A stretch of 64,000 nucleotides of DNA from Eledone cirrhosa (lineage: Eukaryota): assembly GCA_964016885.1 (NCBI GenBank), contig OZ024748.1:25482001-25546000 (forward strand), given 5' to 3'. Below the pieces are notes generated by a model. It ran no database searches, was not told the origin of the DNA, and worked only from the letters and a program-made list of their open reading frames with translations. Numbering within the stretch: the first letter of the stretch is position 1; every line of letters begins with the position of its first letter. The translations under genes were made by a program, and so were the position numbers. Of this stretch, positions 1-13,800 are shown piece by piece.

Positions 1-144
1 CACTTTACAGTGTGTAGTGGGTGCATTTGTTCATGGCACCAACACTAACACTTTACAGGTTGTACTGGGTGCAAAATAAAAAATAAAATATTTAAATACA
101 AAATAATTCAAAAATAAATCTAGAAAGAAATAAACAAGATTACT

Positions 145-176
145 TTTATTTATTGAATTGGTTTATTCCCTTTATT
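145..176 (-). terminator. Cluster of AATAAA polyadenylation signals for MARS1
   Basis: Four tttatt on the + strand (145, 149, 162, 171), 60-90 nt past the stop codon. Confidence 0.6.
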
Positions 177-235
177 TTACAAAACTAAAAACATTTTGTA
201 AACCAATACATAACCTCAGCAATCTCTGCAATTGA

Positions 236-397
236 TCATTTTTTTTTGTTTTTCTTTTTATTTCCAGCACTAAGAGAAGCCGGATCAATTCCTTGTTTCA
301 GAGCAAGTTGGCGCTTTAAATCTAGAAGTTTAGCAACTTCACCATCAATAACACTTTTCTCAGCTTTACTTGTTTTCAGTTCCCTCACTTTCTGACC
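236..397 (-). CDS. MARS1: MetRS last coding exon, WHEP domain: GQKVRELKTSKAEKSVIDGEVAKLLDLKRQLAL...KKKNKKK*
   Basis: 162 nt including TGA; tttag|GGT; WHEP consensus and basic tail. Confidence 0.95.
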   Translation of the reverse strand, partial: GQKVRELKTSKAEKSVIDGEVAKLLDLKRQLALKQGIDPASLSAGNKKKNKKK

Positions 398-989
398 CTA
401 AAAATGAAATTTAAAACATTAAAAGACATTTCAATTTTATTTTTTTATTTTTACTAATTCACATAAAAATCTGTATCGTCATCATTTTTATGTCCACTTT
501 TAAATAAAGGCATGATTTCTATAAAGGCATGAAAAATCCCAGACAAAATACAGTTCCATTTAAGCAAGACACAGCATGGCCAACTAGCCAGACTTGTATC
601 ATAATGTGGACAACCCATCTAACCCATACAAGCATGGAAAAATGGACGTTAAACGATGATTATGATAATGTGTGTGTGTATGTATGTAACAATATCTGAA
701 AGTGTGAACAAGGAAAAAGGAAAAGTGCTCAGTCGGGAAGAGAGCACTGCACGCAGGGAAAAAGCAGACGTAAAAAAAAAAAAAAAAAAAAAATTTATGT
801 TCATACAGGAAGAAAAGTGCGACCTAAGGTTTCAAGGCCCAATACTGACCACATCTCCAGAATGTAAGAGGGATCAAAATTGTGACCTATCTTCAGGTGC
901 TTATACAATTTTATAAGATACTGTTAAAAGTAATGCCCTTCTAGATAGAGGTTTTTAAGGACAAAATTAAATACACACCCAATCATTCC

Positions 990-1365
990 CAACCCAATCA
1001 TACTAAAAATACTAACAGAAAAAGAAGAATTATCTGGTTCATACCCGACTTTTCCCTTAATGTAAAGATTAATGTAGGTAAGGAGTTTTTAGATTTAATA
1101 TATAGACATTTCCCACAACATAGATACAGTAAAATATTCAATCACAATTCCGTCAAGATATCCTATTCATGTAACCCATCTATGAGATAAAAAAATTACT
1201 GTAAAGAATATACTCGATGATGATCCAAGTTGCTTTTGAAGTATTAAAGAGAACTGACCTCTCCAACACAAATGTCATATCAAATCTGTTGTGTATGAGG
1301 CAAATATTACACACCACACCCTAGAAAATTATGAAATTAATTAAAGATACATGGGTATGGTGCAA
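990..1365 (+). mobile_element. Decayed Penelope-like element fragment (linker to GIY-YIG region)
   Basis: Translates RKRRIIWFIPDFSLNVKINVGKEFLDLIYRHFP..KIFNHNSVKISYSC, then PLQHKCHIKSVVYEANI..RYMG, with stops. Confidence 0.75.
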
Positions 1366-4305
1366 GATTATATTTGAATGATGGAGCTGGGCCATCGAAA
1401 TATGTATAGTGATTTCATGGAATTTTAAAGCATATCTTCCAGTCTGGCCTTCTGTTGTTGTTCTATATATACTTTACTCCATTCTTGCACCAACCACTGG
1501 ATACCACATCTACGATGGATGACTTACATAACATTGAGTGCTTTGATTGATTTGTTACATCATGATTTGCTTACCAGAACCACCAGTTCTACACATTGGT
1601 AATCAAAATAATTTAAATGGTATATATATATTTATTTCCCCATTTCTCCCTTTTGGCCTTCCCTTTGCCTCTGTGTCCTTCTTTGTTTGCACGTTGGACA
1701 ACAGTCCTTATTCTCTTGTTTTACTATTTCTCTCCTTTCTATATTTTTCTCCTTTGGCTAAGCCCTTGTACACTCTATATTTGTGTAATTTGCCTAAAGG
1801 CATAGCTTGTCTCTGTCAGTTTTGTTGTTCCCTTGTGCACTGAAATAAATGGTATTGACCCTAATTACCGAAACTGTAGTGATTTCCAGAGGTTGACTGA
1901 AGAGATGGGACTGTCGATCTTTCCATTGTTTTTTTCCTGTGAACTCCCTATTTTGAATTTATATCCTAAAGACTTAGCCATGCAGGCTTTTTTTGAAAAT
2001 ATATATAGATATATATATATTATATCATCATCATCATAATTTAACGTCCACTTTCCTTGCTAGCAAGGGTTCGATGTGTCTACATAGACCAAGTCAGTAT
2101 TGAAGCGGAGCCACTGACATCCTAGACAGGCCAAGGAGTTCTGTATCCCACTTACGTACAGTCATTATCAAGTACAGAGGAGAAGATGTTGTGTCTTTTG
2201 ACACAAACTGAAGGATCCTGCTAACCTCTCATTTGGCAAGCCTTCTATGACTGGATGCCCTTCCTATCACAAACCACTTTACAGCATGTACTGGGTGCAT
2301 TTATCACTAGAGAAGTTGTGTCTTTGACACAGTTGAAAGGTCCTCTCAAGTCTTTTAGGTATGGTTTCTACAGTGAGGTGCCCTTCCTGTTGCCAACCAC
2401 CCATACAGAGTATAACGAGTGCATTTTCATGGCACCATTACTAGAGAGGTTTTGGTCATAGACCTAACTATAGAGCCTCTCAACTCTGGGTAGGAGGCAA
2501 TAGGGGAGGGAGATAGGCATTAAGTTATAGGTGTTTGTGAGGATGGGTAGGGGTGGCTGATTAGTGCATGGGGTGAAAGGAGGTAGTGGAGTGGGGATGT
2601 GCTTGATAGAGAGGGGGCATTGGAAATATAAGAAAGAGGGTAGTGAGGGGATAAGGAGTGTTAGTGGGGTGCAATGGTGAGGATATCTAAGGTCTTTAGG
2701 GGGGGGGGATATTAGTTAATTTATATATATATATATATATATATATGCTGTATGCTCAATACAAAGGTTGACAACTTCAGTGTATATGATGCTTTCATGA
2801 GATCTTATGTTGGTTTTTAGGCCATACATACTTTTTAAAAAGCCATCCACATAAACTGCATATTAGTTTTGGTGCAGCTTGAACTGCCTGTGTTGTCTGA
2901 CCTTGATGAACCTTGAAATGTCTCTTTAGACCTTGAGATTTGCAGATCTTGGAACATATGTAGCATTGATAAGGTGATTTGAAATTTGAAAGTGAGGGAA
3001 TTCAATTGCAGAAAATAACTGGAACAACAGCCTTAGAAAATTGAGTAAAATACTCCTAGAGATTAAAAAAAAAACCTATAGGGAATCAAACTCCATATCT
3101 CCCAAATACTGGCTGAATGCATTGGCCATTACCCTAAGTGGTGGCTGACAATGGACTCCATCCAATTGAAGGAGTTACACTAAACAGCTTACAGTTAGAG
3201 CTAGAAGTAAACAAATCATATGATTTATCAAGGCACTTGGGCAATTTGAAAGTGTAGGAATCCAAATTCAGAAATTCTCCATAACAACAGTTGGTAGCTA
3301 TCCATAATAGCTTTAGAAAATCAAACAGAGTAAAGAAGCTTCCTGTAGAGATATATAAAAGTTTGGTTATACAACATCATTTGTTAAAAAATTGTTAGAA
3401 AGAAGTGTTTGCATGTGTTAATAACAATAACAAGAGTTGCTTATAGAACAGAAAGTTTAAAGTAAGACTCTATATTAATATCATGTGTAGGGTTGAGCTG
3501 ACCAGAAATAGGCCTTAATACTAAAGACGCGCCCACCAGCATAAGCACAGTGACACTAAAAGTAAACGTGATGAGGGACTGAAGGCTACAGTGTTTAGTA
3601 ATGGAACAGAGACAATATAGTGTCTGTGAGGATTATTTAGTCTAGCCTAAAATACAACAATCTCACTAGTGTTGGTGCCATGATAAAATACACCCAGTCC
3701 ACTCGGTAAGGGGCATCCAGCTATAGAAACCATACCAAACATGGAAGATATGAGCAAGATGAGTTGCTCCAAACCATGACAATCTATCCAACCTATGCCA
3801 ATGTGGAAAGCAGATGTAATATGATGATGACAATGACGACGAAGATGATGATGGTGGTGATGGTGGTGGTGCTTACAACTAGAATCATCATCATCCACAT
3901 TTCATTTTACGTCTACTTTTCCCTGCTTGCAAGGGTGGGACGAGAACTGATTCTGGCTTGATTTCTACAGCTGGATGCCCTTCCTAACACCAACCTCATT
4001 TACAGTGAGTGCTGAGTCCTTTTTTTCCGTGGTGCCTACACATCCACTTTACAGTGTGGGCTGGGTGCTTTTTTGCCGTGGCACCTCCACGACCACTTTA
4101 CAGTGGAATGATAGGGACCCCAGTCCCTATCATCTCATTTCTACAGCTGAGTGAACTGGAGCAATGTGAAATAAAGTGTCTTGCTCAAAGAAACAACACA
4201 ATACCTTTAACAATAAGTGCGACCTGGAGCTAAACAACAGCAACACATAATAAATGGGTTAAGGTTTTAAAAAGAGGTCCAGCAATGAAGTTTGAAATGA
4301 GTTAC

Positions 4306-4380
4306 CTGTTCTGCTACTAATTGATTTAAACTTTCTATCTCTGTATCTGAAGCAGGTGTCACAGGTGTATCTTGTTGGGC
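4306..4380 (-). CDS. MARS1: MetRS exon: AQQDTPVTPASDTEIESLNQLVAEQ
   Basis: 75 nt; tttag|GCC...CAG|gtaact; linker and start of the WHEP domain. Confidence 0.85.
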
Positions 4381-4594
4381 CTAAAAAGATGTGAGAAAAA
4401 AAAGTAAAAATTAATTATTCAATTAAAACAACTACTTATAAAAGTAAATAAAAATATTTAATCTTATTTCAAACCAAGAGAAAAGTAAATTCTAATTTAA
4501 CTGTCTTGACACCAAACTGGACTAAAATATTTATAGCTATTACGGGTAAGAGAGAAAGCATAAAAATAGTGTAAAATAAAGTGATGTTACTAAC

Positions 4595-4702
4595 TTTATT
4601 TGATGTGACTGAAGCAGCAGCTGCTATTGTTGTTGTTGAAGAATACTTTTTCTTCAGTCCTTGAATAAAATCATTTTCTAACTTTTGAAATAATGGTTTT
4701 GG
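4595..4702 (-). CDS. MARS1: MetRS exon: PKPLFQKLENDFIQGLKKKYSSTTTIAAAASVTSNK
   Basis: 108 nt; atcag|CCA...AAA|gttagt; PLFQKLEND conserved; donor position less certain. Confidence 0.85.
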
Positions 4703-5399
4703 CTGATGAAAAGAAAGAAAGATTGACATTAGCTTGTCTCAGAGATAATACATAATTTTAACACAACAGATGATTGCTTCAATGTTTGATACCAAACAAC
4801 CTGCAATCCCATCCAGGTTTTACAATACAAAACTGTTTGTTTTAAAGTTTTTATATTTATCTAACAACTCTCTATCATAAATTTGTGTAAGAGCCTTTAT
4901 TAAGTTATGTTCCAAACACGAGCAAAATAATAAGAAAGTTAATTACATCCCCCCTAATTCTTGATTATTTTCAAAATTATTTTAAAATCACAAGCAATGT
5001 TTTTCATTAGAAATATGGTATAGAAAGACTTAAACAGGTGCAGTTTTCAAATAACAGGCTAGTAACAGCTTCATGAATTGATAATATAACACAATAGTGG
5101 TTTCAAACTAAAATAGAAATATATTGAAATTTAGAGTAATTCACAGTTGTCTCCGTTAACAAAATATTGAAGTTTCTCCACCTCCTATATAATGAATATA
5201 AAAAATAACAACTTTACCAGCAACAGATGGAAATCATCATCATCACTGTTTAACATCTATTTTCCATACTTGCATGGATAAGATAGGTTAGACAGGTCAT
5301 GTGATCACATTTTGCTTATATGATCCATTTTAGGTTTGGTTTTCTACAGCTAAATAAATGCCCTTCTTATACCAATCATCTTACAGGGTGGATTGGCTG

Positions 5400-5660
5400 G
5401 TTTTTCTTGTTACCAGCATTACCACTTTAGAGTGTGGACTGGGTGCATTGTATCGTGACATCATCGCTACCACTTTACAGTGTGGAATGGGTGCATTTTA
5501 TCGTGACAGCAGCACTACCACTTTACAGAATGGGCTGGGAGCATATTATCATGACACCAGCACTACCACTTTACAGTGTGGGCTGGGAGCATACTATCGT
5601 GACACCAGCATTATCACTTTACAGTGTAAGCTGGGATCATATTATCGTGACACCAGCGCA
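5400..5660. repeat. 48-bp minisatellite (accactttacagtgtgggctgggagcat...), derived from a dispersed repeat
   Basis: About 5 units; related units at 1-72, 2270-2440, 42170-42390 and 51920-52120. Confidence 0.8.
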
Positions 5661-5787
5661 AAAAAAAATATTTAACTTTACCTGCAACACATGGCAATCA
5701 TAAGTATAATTAGATTTACAACTCTAAATCAAAGATGTTATTAGATACCATGCCAAAGGTGTAAACCATGAGAGCACTATTACATAC

Positions 5788-5971
5788 CTTGCCAATTTTA
5801 TGTCCAGCTGATAAATAACAAGAAAAATGAGTGAGAATCACATTTTTCTCTGGAGGAAATTGTAGTTGTGACTGAATAGTTGCACTTGTTTGGGGCATAA
5901 ATGGTTGCAGAAGTACTGATAAAAGAGCTGCAATATTGCTGGATAAACTCACAACTGTACCAGCACGTTGC
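5788..5971 (-). CDS. MARS1: MetRS exon: [26 protein letters not shown]...SAGHKIGK
   Basis: 184 nt; tacag|G...AAG|gtatgt; LQPFMP motif. Confidence 0.96.
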
Positions 5972-6354
5972 CTGTAGAAAAATATGAACAACTTTCTTTT
6001 TACTCAAATATATTGCAACAATGTTTTTTTAACATAGGCACAAAGCCAGTAATTTTGGTCATGAATCTCAGTTAATGACTGAAAGAATATGACCGCGAAT
6101 ACAAGTGAATGAAATTTTCCGACTTATTCACACACACACACATATATATATATATACATATTAACATATTATATATATATATACATATTAACATATTATA
6201 TATATATATACATATTAACATATTATATATATATATACATATATACCCAGGGAGTGTAATGCAAAGTTACTGTAAGTTCACCAAGCGAGCACTCGATGTT
6301 TAGGTTCACGTCAGTATCGAGGTATAGAGCTAGATATAGTGTAATATAATAATT

Positions 6355-6537
6355 GTTTCTACTTTTTGGAACAAGGCCAGCAATTACCCAGTGCATTACT
6401 GGTACTTTATTTTATCGACCCCGTAAGGATGAAAGGCAAAGTCAACCTCGGCGGGATTTGAACTCAGATCGTAAAGGGACGTAACTATGCTGGAAAGCAT
6501 GGCGTCCGACTCTCTACCAATACTGCCAATCCACCTA
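6355..6537 (-). mobile_element. tRNA-derived SINE (octopus type)
   Basis: Minus strand: A-box-like TGGCAGTATTGG, B-box GAGTTCAAATCC, body GCCGAGGTTGACTTTGCCTTTCATCC; near-identical to the copy at 43097. Confidence 0.85.
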
Positions 6538-6959
6538 CAAGCACAAATGGTTAAGCCTTCATTACGTTTATTGGTTGGTGACGCGCGTTTCGCTATTGAT
6601 CAGCTCAAAGTTCGATCTGTATTGATCTGGCCCGACTCTGGAATGAAAAGCTCGTCGGTCCTCTGTTGCAGTAACGATAGAATAAATATACATGGCATAT
6701 AAGAAGTCTAACGTTTATATGTTGGTCAGTTTATGTTGTTTTGATTGGTGGGTTAATTAGGTGTGGGCGGGGGGGAGGTGAGCATAGTGACGAGTTAGTG
6801 GCGAGGAGCAAAGTTTGATGCGAGTAGCGGGGTGTGGTGTTTTGGCTAGCCCTAGACATGTTGGTATGTACATGGCGTGGTTGTGGTGGTAGGGCTAGCG
6901 TGATATGAGATGAAAGACTGCAGTGTTTTACTATGGGTAGTGGGTAGGATACACAGCCA

Positions 6960-7638
6960 CATAACAGCGTGGACTGTGTTTTTTTTGTTGTGACACCTCC
7001 ACGATCTCGATCTCATTTATTTGGACTGGATGTTGTAGTACCAACTTTACGGAGAGAGGGTGATGTTGGTGGGAGTGGGAAGATGGAGTAGGGGTAGTGG
7101 ATTGGGGTGTATATTTGGTTAAGAGGTACCTACTGACTGTAGGTTTCGCTTTGTACATAGGCAAGGTGGGTCTTCTGTATTGCTGCGTGGCGCCAAAGAT
7201 CTCGGTCCAGAGACATTGTCTTAGAGAGGTGCAAGTGTGTAAGGTCAGAATTTATCAAATCATCCCAGGTTTTTCTGGGTCTACCTACTCCGTAACTTCC
7301 ATGAATTTTGATCGCCCTGCACTTTTTTATGCAGCTGTCGTCTTTCATGCGCATCACGTGGTCATACCAACGTAGTCTTCTCTCAAGTAAACAGCATCTG
7401 ATCCCTCTTATTCCTAATTTCTCACTTGGTTCACTTATGCTTTGCCGTTCACGAATATTACTATTACCCATCCAACGGAGCATGCATGCTTCGTTCCTTT
7501 CCAGTCTGCGCAGGTCCTCTGCACACAATGCCTATGTCTCACTGCCATGTAGCATTGCTGTTCGTATGCAGGCATCATACAATCTGCCTTTCATTTTTAG
7601 AGAGAAACCTTTTGTGGCCAACAGCGGTATAAGCTCTC
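6960..7638 (-). mobile_element. 5'-truncated RTE LINE fragment, same family as 57058-60947
   Basis: ORF 7130-7528 LRRLERNEACMLRWM..RRLRWYDHVMRM..GRPRKTW; 3' UTR matches 62790-62870; 5' end abuts (TA)n. Confidence 0.9.
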
Positions 7639-7684
<46 letters not shown>

Positions 7685-7716
7685 AAAATGAAATTTGTGA
7701 GAAATGGATTACTTAC

Positions 7717-7821
7717 TTCTCTTCAGTGTTCCCTTTCACTAAAACCCAAGGTTTGTGTAACTGCATATACTGGTTGCCAAGGGTGGACATCTCAAGCAAG
7801 ATACGAAGACTGTCACGCATT
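7717..7821 (-). CDS. MARS1: MetRS exon: MRDSLRILLEMSTLGNQYMQLHKPWVLVKGNTEE(K)
   Basis: 105 nt; tttcag|A...AA|gtaagt; GNQY..PW anticodon-recognition motif; phases match both neighbours. Confidence 0.94.
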
Positions 7822-10800
7822 CTGAAATACAACAGGTATCAAGAGGTGTGAAGACTGTCACATATTCTGAAAGTACAACAGGTATCAAGAGGTGTGAAGA
7901 CTGTCACATATTCCGAAAGTACAACAGGTATCAAGAGGTGTGAAGACTGTCACATAGTCTGAAAGTACAACAGGTATCAAGAAGTGTGAAGACTGTCATA
8001 TATTCTGAAAGGACAACAGGTATCAAGAGGTGTGAAGAGTGTCACATATTCTAAAAGTACAACAGATATCAAGAGGTGTGAAGACTGTCACATATTCTGA
8101 AAGTACAACAGGTATCAAGAAGTGTGAAGACTGTCGTATATTCTGAAAGGACAACAGGTATCAAGAGGTGTGAAGACTGTCACATATTCTGAAAGTACAA
8201 CAGATATCAAGAGGTGTGAAGACTGTCACATATTCTGAAAGTACAACAGGTATCAAGAGGTGTGAAGACTGTCACATATTCTGAAAGGACAACAGGTATC
8301 AAGAGGTGTGAAGACTGTCACATATTCCGAAAGTACAACAGGTATCAAGAGGTGTGAAGACTGTCACATAGTCTGAAAGTACAACAGGTATCAAGAAGTG
8401 TGAAGACTGTCATATATTCTGAAAGGACAACAGGTATCAAGAGGTGTGAAGAGTGTCACATATTCTAAAAGTACAACAGATATCAAGAGGTGTGAAGACT
8501 GTCACATATTCTGAAAGTACAACAGGTATCAAGAAGTGTGAAGACTGTCATATATTCTGAAAGGACAACAGGTATCAAGAGGTGTGAAGACTGTCACATA
8601 TTCTGAAAGTACAACAGATATCAAGAGGTGTGAAGACTGTCACATATTCTGAAAGTACAACAGGTATCAAGAGGTGTGAAGACTGTCACATATTCTGAAA
8701 GGACAACAGGTATCAAGAGGTGTGAAGACTGTCACATATTCCGAAAGTACAACAGGTATCAAGAGGTGTGAAGACTGTCACATAGTCTGAAAGTACAACA
8801 GGTATCAAGAAGTGTGAAGACTGTCACATATTCTGAAAGTACAACAGGTATCAAGAGGTGTGAAGACTGTCACATATTCTGAAAGTATAACAGGTATCAA
8901 GAGGTGTGAAGACTGTCATATATTCTGAAAGTACAACAGGTATCAAGAGGTGTGAAGACTGTCATATATTCTGAAAGTACAACAGGTATCAAGAGGTGTG
9001 AAGACTGTCATATATTCTGAAAGTACAACAGGTATCAAGAGGTGTGAAGACTGTCACATATTCTGAAAGTACAACAGGTATCAAGAGGTGTGAAGACTGT
9101 CACATAGTCTGAAAGTACAAAAGGTATCAAGAGGTATGAAGACTGTCACATAGTCTGAAAGTACAACAGGTATCAAGAGGTGTGAAGACTGTCATATAGT
9201 CTGAAAGTACAACAGGTATCAAGAAGAGTGAAGACTGTCACACATTCTGAAAGTACAACAGGTATCAAGAGGTATGAAGACTGTCACATAGTCTGAAAGT
9301 ATAACAGGTATCAAGAGGTATGAAGACTGTCACACATTCTGAAAGTACAACAGGTATCAAGAGGTGTGAAGACTGTCATATATTCTGAAAGTACAACAGG
9401 TATCAAGAGGTGTAAAGACTGTCACATATTCTGAAAGTACAACAGGTATCAAGAGGTGTGAAGACTGTCATATATTCTGAAAGTACAACAGGTATCAAGA
9501 GGTATGAAGACTGTCACATAGTCTGAAAGTACAACAGGTATCAAGAGGTGTGAAGACTGTCATATATTCTGAAAGTACAACAGGTATCAAGAGGTGTGAA
9601 GACTGTCACATAGTCTGAAAGTACAACAGGTATCAAGAGGTGTGAAGACTGTCATATATTCTGAAAGTACAACAGGTATCAAGAGGTGTGAAGACTGTCA
9701 CATAGTCTGAAAGTACAACAGGTATCAAGAGGTGTGAAGACTGTCACATAGTCTGAAAGTACAACAGGTATCAAGAGGTGTGAAGACTGTCACATAGTCT
9801 GAAAGTACAACAGGTATCAAGAAGTGTGAAGACTGTCATATATACTGAAAGTACAACAGGTATCAAGAGGTGTGAAGACTGTCACATAGTCTGAAAGTAC
9901 AACAGGTATCAAGAGGTGTGAAGACTGTCACATAGTCTGAAAGTACAACAGGTATCAAGAAGTGCGAAGACTGTCACATATTCTGAAAGTACAACAGGTA
10001 TCAAGAGGTGTGAAGACTGTCACATATTCTGAAAGTACAACAGGTATCAAGAAGTGTGAAGACTGTCACATATTCTGAAAGTACAACAGGTATCAAGAGG
10101 TGTGAAGACTGTCATATATACTGAAAGTACAACAGGTATCAAAAGGTGTGAAGACTGTCATATATTCTAAAAGTACAACAGGTATCAAGAGGTGTGAAGA
10201 CTGTCACACATTCTGAAAGTACAACAGGTATCAAGAGTTGTGAAGACTGTCACACATTCTGAAAGTACAACAGGTATCAAGAGTTGTGAAGACTGTCACA
10301 CATTCTGAAAGTACAACAGGTATCAAGAGGTGTGAAGACTGTCACACATTCTGAAAGTACAACAGGTATCAAGAAGTGTGAAGAGTGTCACACATTCTGA
10401 AAGTACAACAGGTATCAAGAGGTGTGAAGACTGTCACACATTCTGAAAGTACAACAGGTATCAAGAGGTGTGAAGACTGTCACATATTCTGAAAGTACAA
10501 CAGGTATCAAGAAGTGTGAAGACTGTCATATATACTGAAAGTACAACAGGTATCAAGAGGTGTGAAGACTGTCACATATTCTGAAAGTACAACAGGTATC
10601 AAGAGGTGTGAAGACTGTCACATATTCTGAAAGTATAACCGGTATCAAGAGGTGTGAAGACTGTCACATATTCTAAAAGTACAACAGGTATCAAGAGGTG
10701 TGAAGACTGTCACATAGTCTCAAAGTACAACAGGTATCAAGAGGTATGAAGACAGTCACATAGTCTGAAAGTACAACAGGTATCAAGAGGTGTAAAGACT

Positions 10801-13800
10801 GTCACATAGTCTGACAGTATAACAGGTATCAAGAGGTGTGAAGACTGTCATATATTCTGAAAGTACAACCGGTATCAAGAGGTGTGAAGACTGTCATATA
10901 TTCTGAAAGTACAACAGGTATCAAGAGGTGTGAAGACTGTCACATAGTCTGAAAGTACAACAGGTATCAAGAGGTGTGAAGACTGTCACATATTCTGAAA
11001 GTACAACAGGTATCAAGAGGTGTGAAGACTGTCACATATTCTGAAAGTACAACAGGTATCAAGAGGTGTGAAGACTGTCACATATTCTGAAAGTACAACA
11101 GGTATCAAGAGGTGTGAAGACTGTCACATATTCTGAAAGTACAACAGGTATCAAGAGGTGTGAAGACTGTCATATATTCTAAAAGTACAACACGTATCAA
11201 GAGGTGTGAAGACTGTCATATATTCTAAAAGTACAACAGGTATCAAGAGGTGTGAAGACTGTCACATATTCTGAAAGTACAACAGGTATCAAGAGGTGTG
11301 AAGACTGTCATATATTCTGAAAGTACAACAGATATCAAGAGGTGTGAAGACTGTCATATATTCTGAAAGTACAACAGGTATCAAGAGGTGTGAAGACTGT
11401 CATATATTCTGAAAGTACAACAGGTATCAAGAGGTGTGAAGACTGTCACATAGTCTGAAAGTACAACAGGTATCAAGAAGTGTGAAGACTGTCACATATT
11501 CTGAAAGTACAACAGGTATCAAGAAGTGTGAAGACTGTCACATATTCTGAAAGTACAACAGGTATCAAGAGGTGTGAAGACTGTCATATATTCTGAAAGT
11601 ACAACAGGTATCAAGAGGTGTGAAGACTGTCACATAGTCTGAAAGTACAACAGGTATCAAGAAGTGTGAAGACTGTCACATATTCTGAAAGTACAACAGG
11701 TATCAAGAGGTGTGAAGACTGTCACATAGGCTGAAAGTACAACAGATATCAAGAGGTGTGAAGACTGTCACATAGTCTGAAAGTACAACAGGTATCAAGA
11801 GGTGTGAAGACTGCCACATATTCTGAAAGTACAACAGGTATCAAGAGGTGTGAAGACTGTCACATATTCTGAAAGTACAACAGATATCAAGAGGTGTGAA
11901 GACTGTCACATAGTCTGAAAGTACAACAGGTATCAAGAGGTGTGAAGACTGTCACATATTCTGAAAGTACAATAGGTATCAAGAGGTGTGAAGACTGTCA
12001 CATATTCTGAAAGTACAACAGGTATCAAGAGGTGTGAAGACTGTCATATATACTGAAAGTACAACAGGTATCAAGAAGTGTGAAGACTGTCACATATTCT
12101 GAAAGTACAACAGGTATCAAGAGGTGTGAAGACTGTCATATATTCTGAAAGTACAACCGGTATCAAGAGGTGTGAAGACTGTCATATATACTGAAAGTAC
12201 AACAGGTATCAAGAGGTGTGAAGACTGTCATATATTCTAAAAGTACAACAGGTATCAAGAGGTGTGAAGACTGTCATATATTCTGAAAGTACAACCGGTA
12301 TCAAGAGGTGTGAAGACTGTCATATATTCTGAAAGTACAACAGGTATCAAGAAGTGCGAAGACTGTCACATATTCTGAAAGTACAACAGGTATCAAGAGG
12401 TGTGAAGACTGTCACATATTCTGAAAGTACAACAGGTATCAAGAGGTGTGAAGACTGTCACATAGTCTGAAAGTACAACAGGTATCAAGAGGTATGAAGA
12501 CTGTCACATATTCTGAAAGTACAACAGGTATCAAGAGGTGTGAAGACTGTCACACATTCTGAAAGTACAACAGGTATCAAGAGGTGTGAAGACTGCCACA
12601 TATTCTGAAAGGACAACAGGTATCAAGAAGTGTGAAGACTGTCACACATTCTGAAAGTACAACAGGTATCAAGAGGTGTGAAGACTGCCACATATTCTGA
12701 AAGGACAACAGGTATCAAGAAGTGTGAAGACTGTCACACATTCTGAAAGTATAACAGGTATCAAGAGGTGTGAAGACTGTCACATATTCTGAAAGTACAA
12801 CAGGTATCAAGAGGTGTGAAGACTGCCACATATTCTGAAAGTACAACAGGTATCAAGAGGTGTGAAGACTGCCACATATTCTGAAAGGACAACAGGTATC
12901 AAGAGGTGTGAAGACTGTCACATAGTCTGAAAGTACAACAGGTATCAAGAGGTGTGAAGAGTGTCACATATTCTGAAAGTACAACAGGTATCAAGAGGTG
13001 TGAAGACTGTCACATATTCTGAAAGTACATAGGTATCAAGAGGTGTGAAGACTGTCACATAGTCTGAAAGTACAACAGGTATCAAGAGGTGTGAAGAGTG
13101 TCACACATTCTGAAAGTACAACAGGTATCAAGAAGTGTGAAGAGTGTCACACATTCTGAAAGTACAACAGGTATCAAGAGGTGTGAAGACTGTCACATAG
13201 TCTGAAAGTACAACAGGTATCAAGAGGTGTGAAGAGTGTCACATATTCTGAAAGTACAACAGGTATCAAGAGGTGTGAAGACTGTCACATATTCTGAAAG
13301 TACAACAGGTATCAAGAGGTGTGAAGACTGTCACATATTCTGAAAGTATAACAGGTATCAAGAGGTGTGAAGACTGTCACATATTCTGAAAGTACAACAG
13401 GTATCAAGAGGTGTGAAGACTGTCATATATTCTGAAAGTACAACAGGTATCAAGAGGTGTGAAGACTGTCATATAGTCTGAAAGTACAACAGGTATCAAG
13501 AAGAGTGAAGACTGTCACACATTCTGAAAGTACAACAGGTATCAAGAGGTATGAAGACTGTCACATAGTCTGAAAGTATAACAGGTATCAAGAGGTATGA
13601 AGACTGTCACACATTCTGAAAGTACAACAGGTATCAAGAGGTGTGAAGACTGTCATATATTCTGAAAGTACAACAGGTATCAAGAGGTGTAAAGACTGTC
13701 ACATATTCTGAAAGTACAACAGGTATCAAGAGGTGTGAAGACTGTCATATATTCTGAAAGTACAACAGGTATCAAGAGGTATGAAGACTGTCACATAGTC

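Noticed and set aside
1835-1915. Possible hammerhead (ctgaaat..gaaactgtag; ctgaagag)
   Set aside because: The core is incomplete or out of order and there is no convincing stem I.
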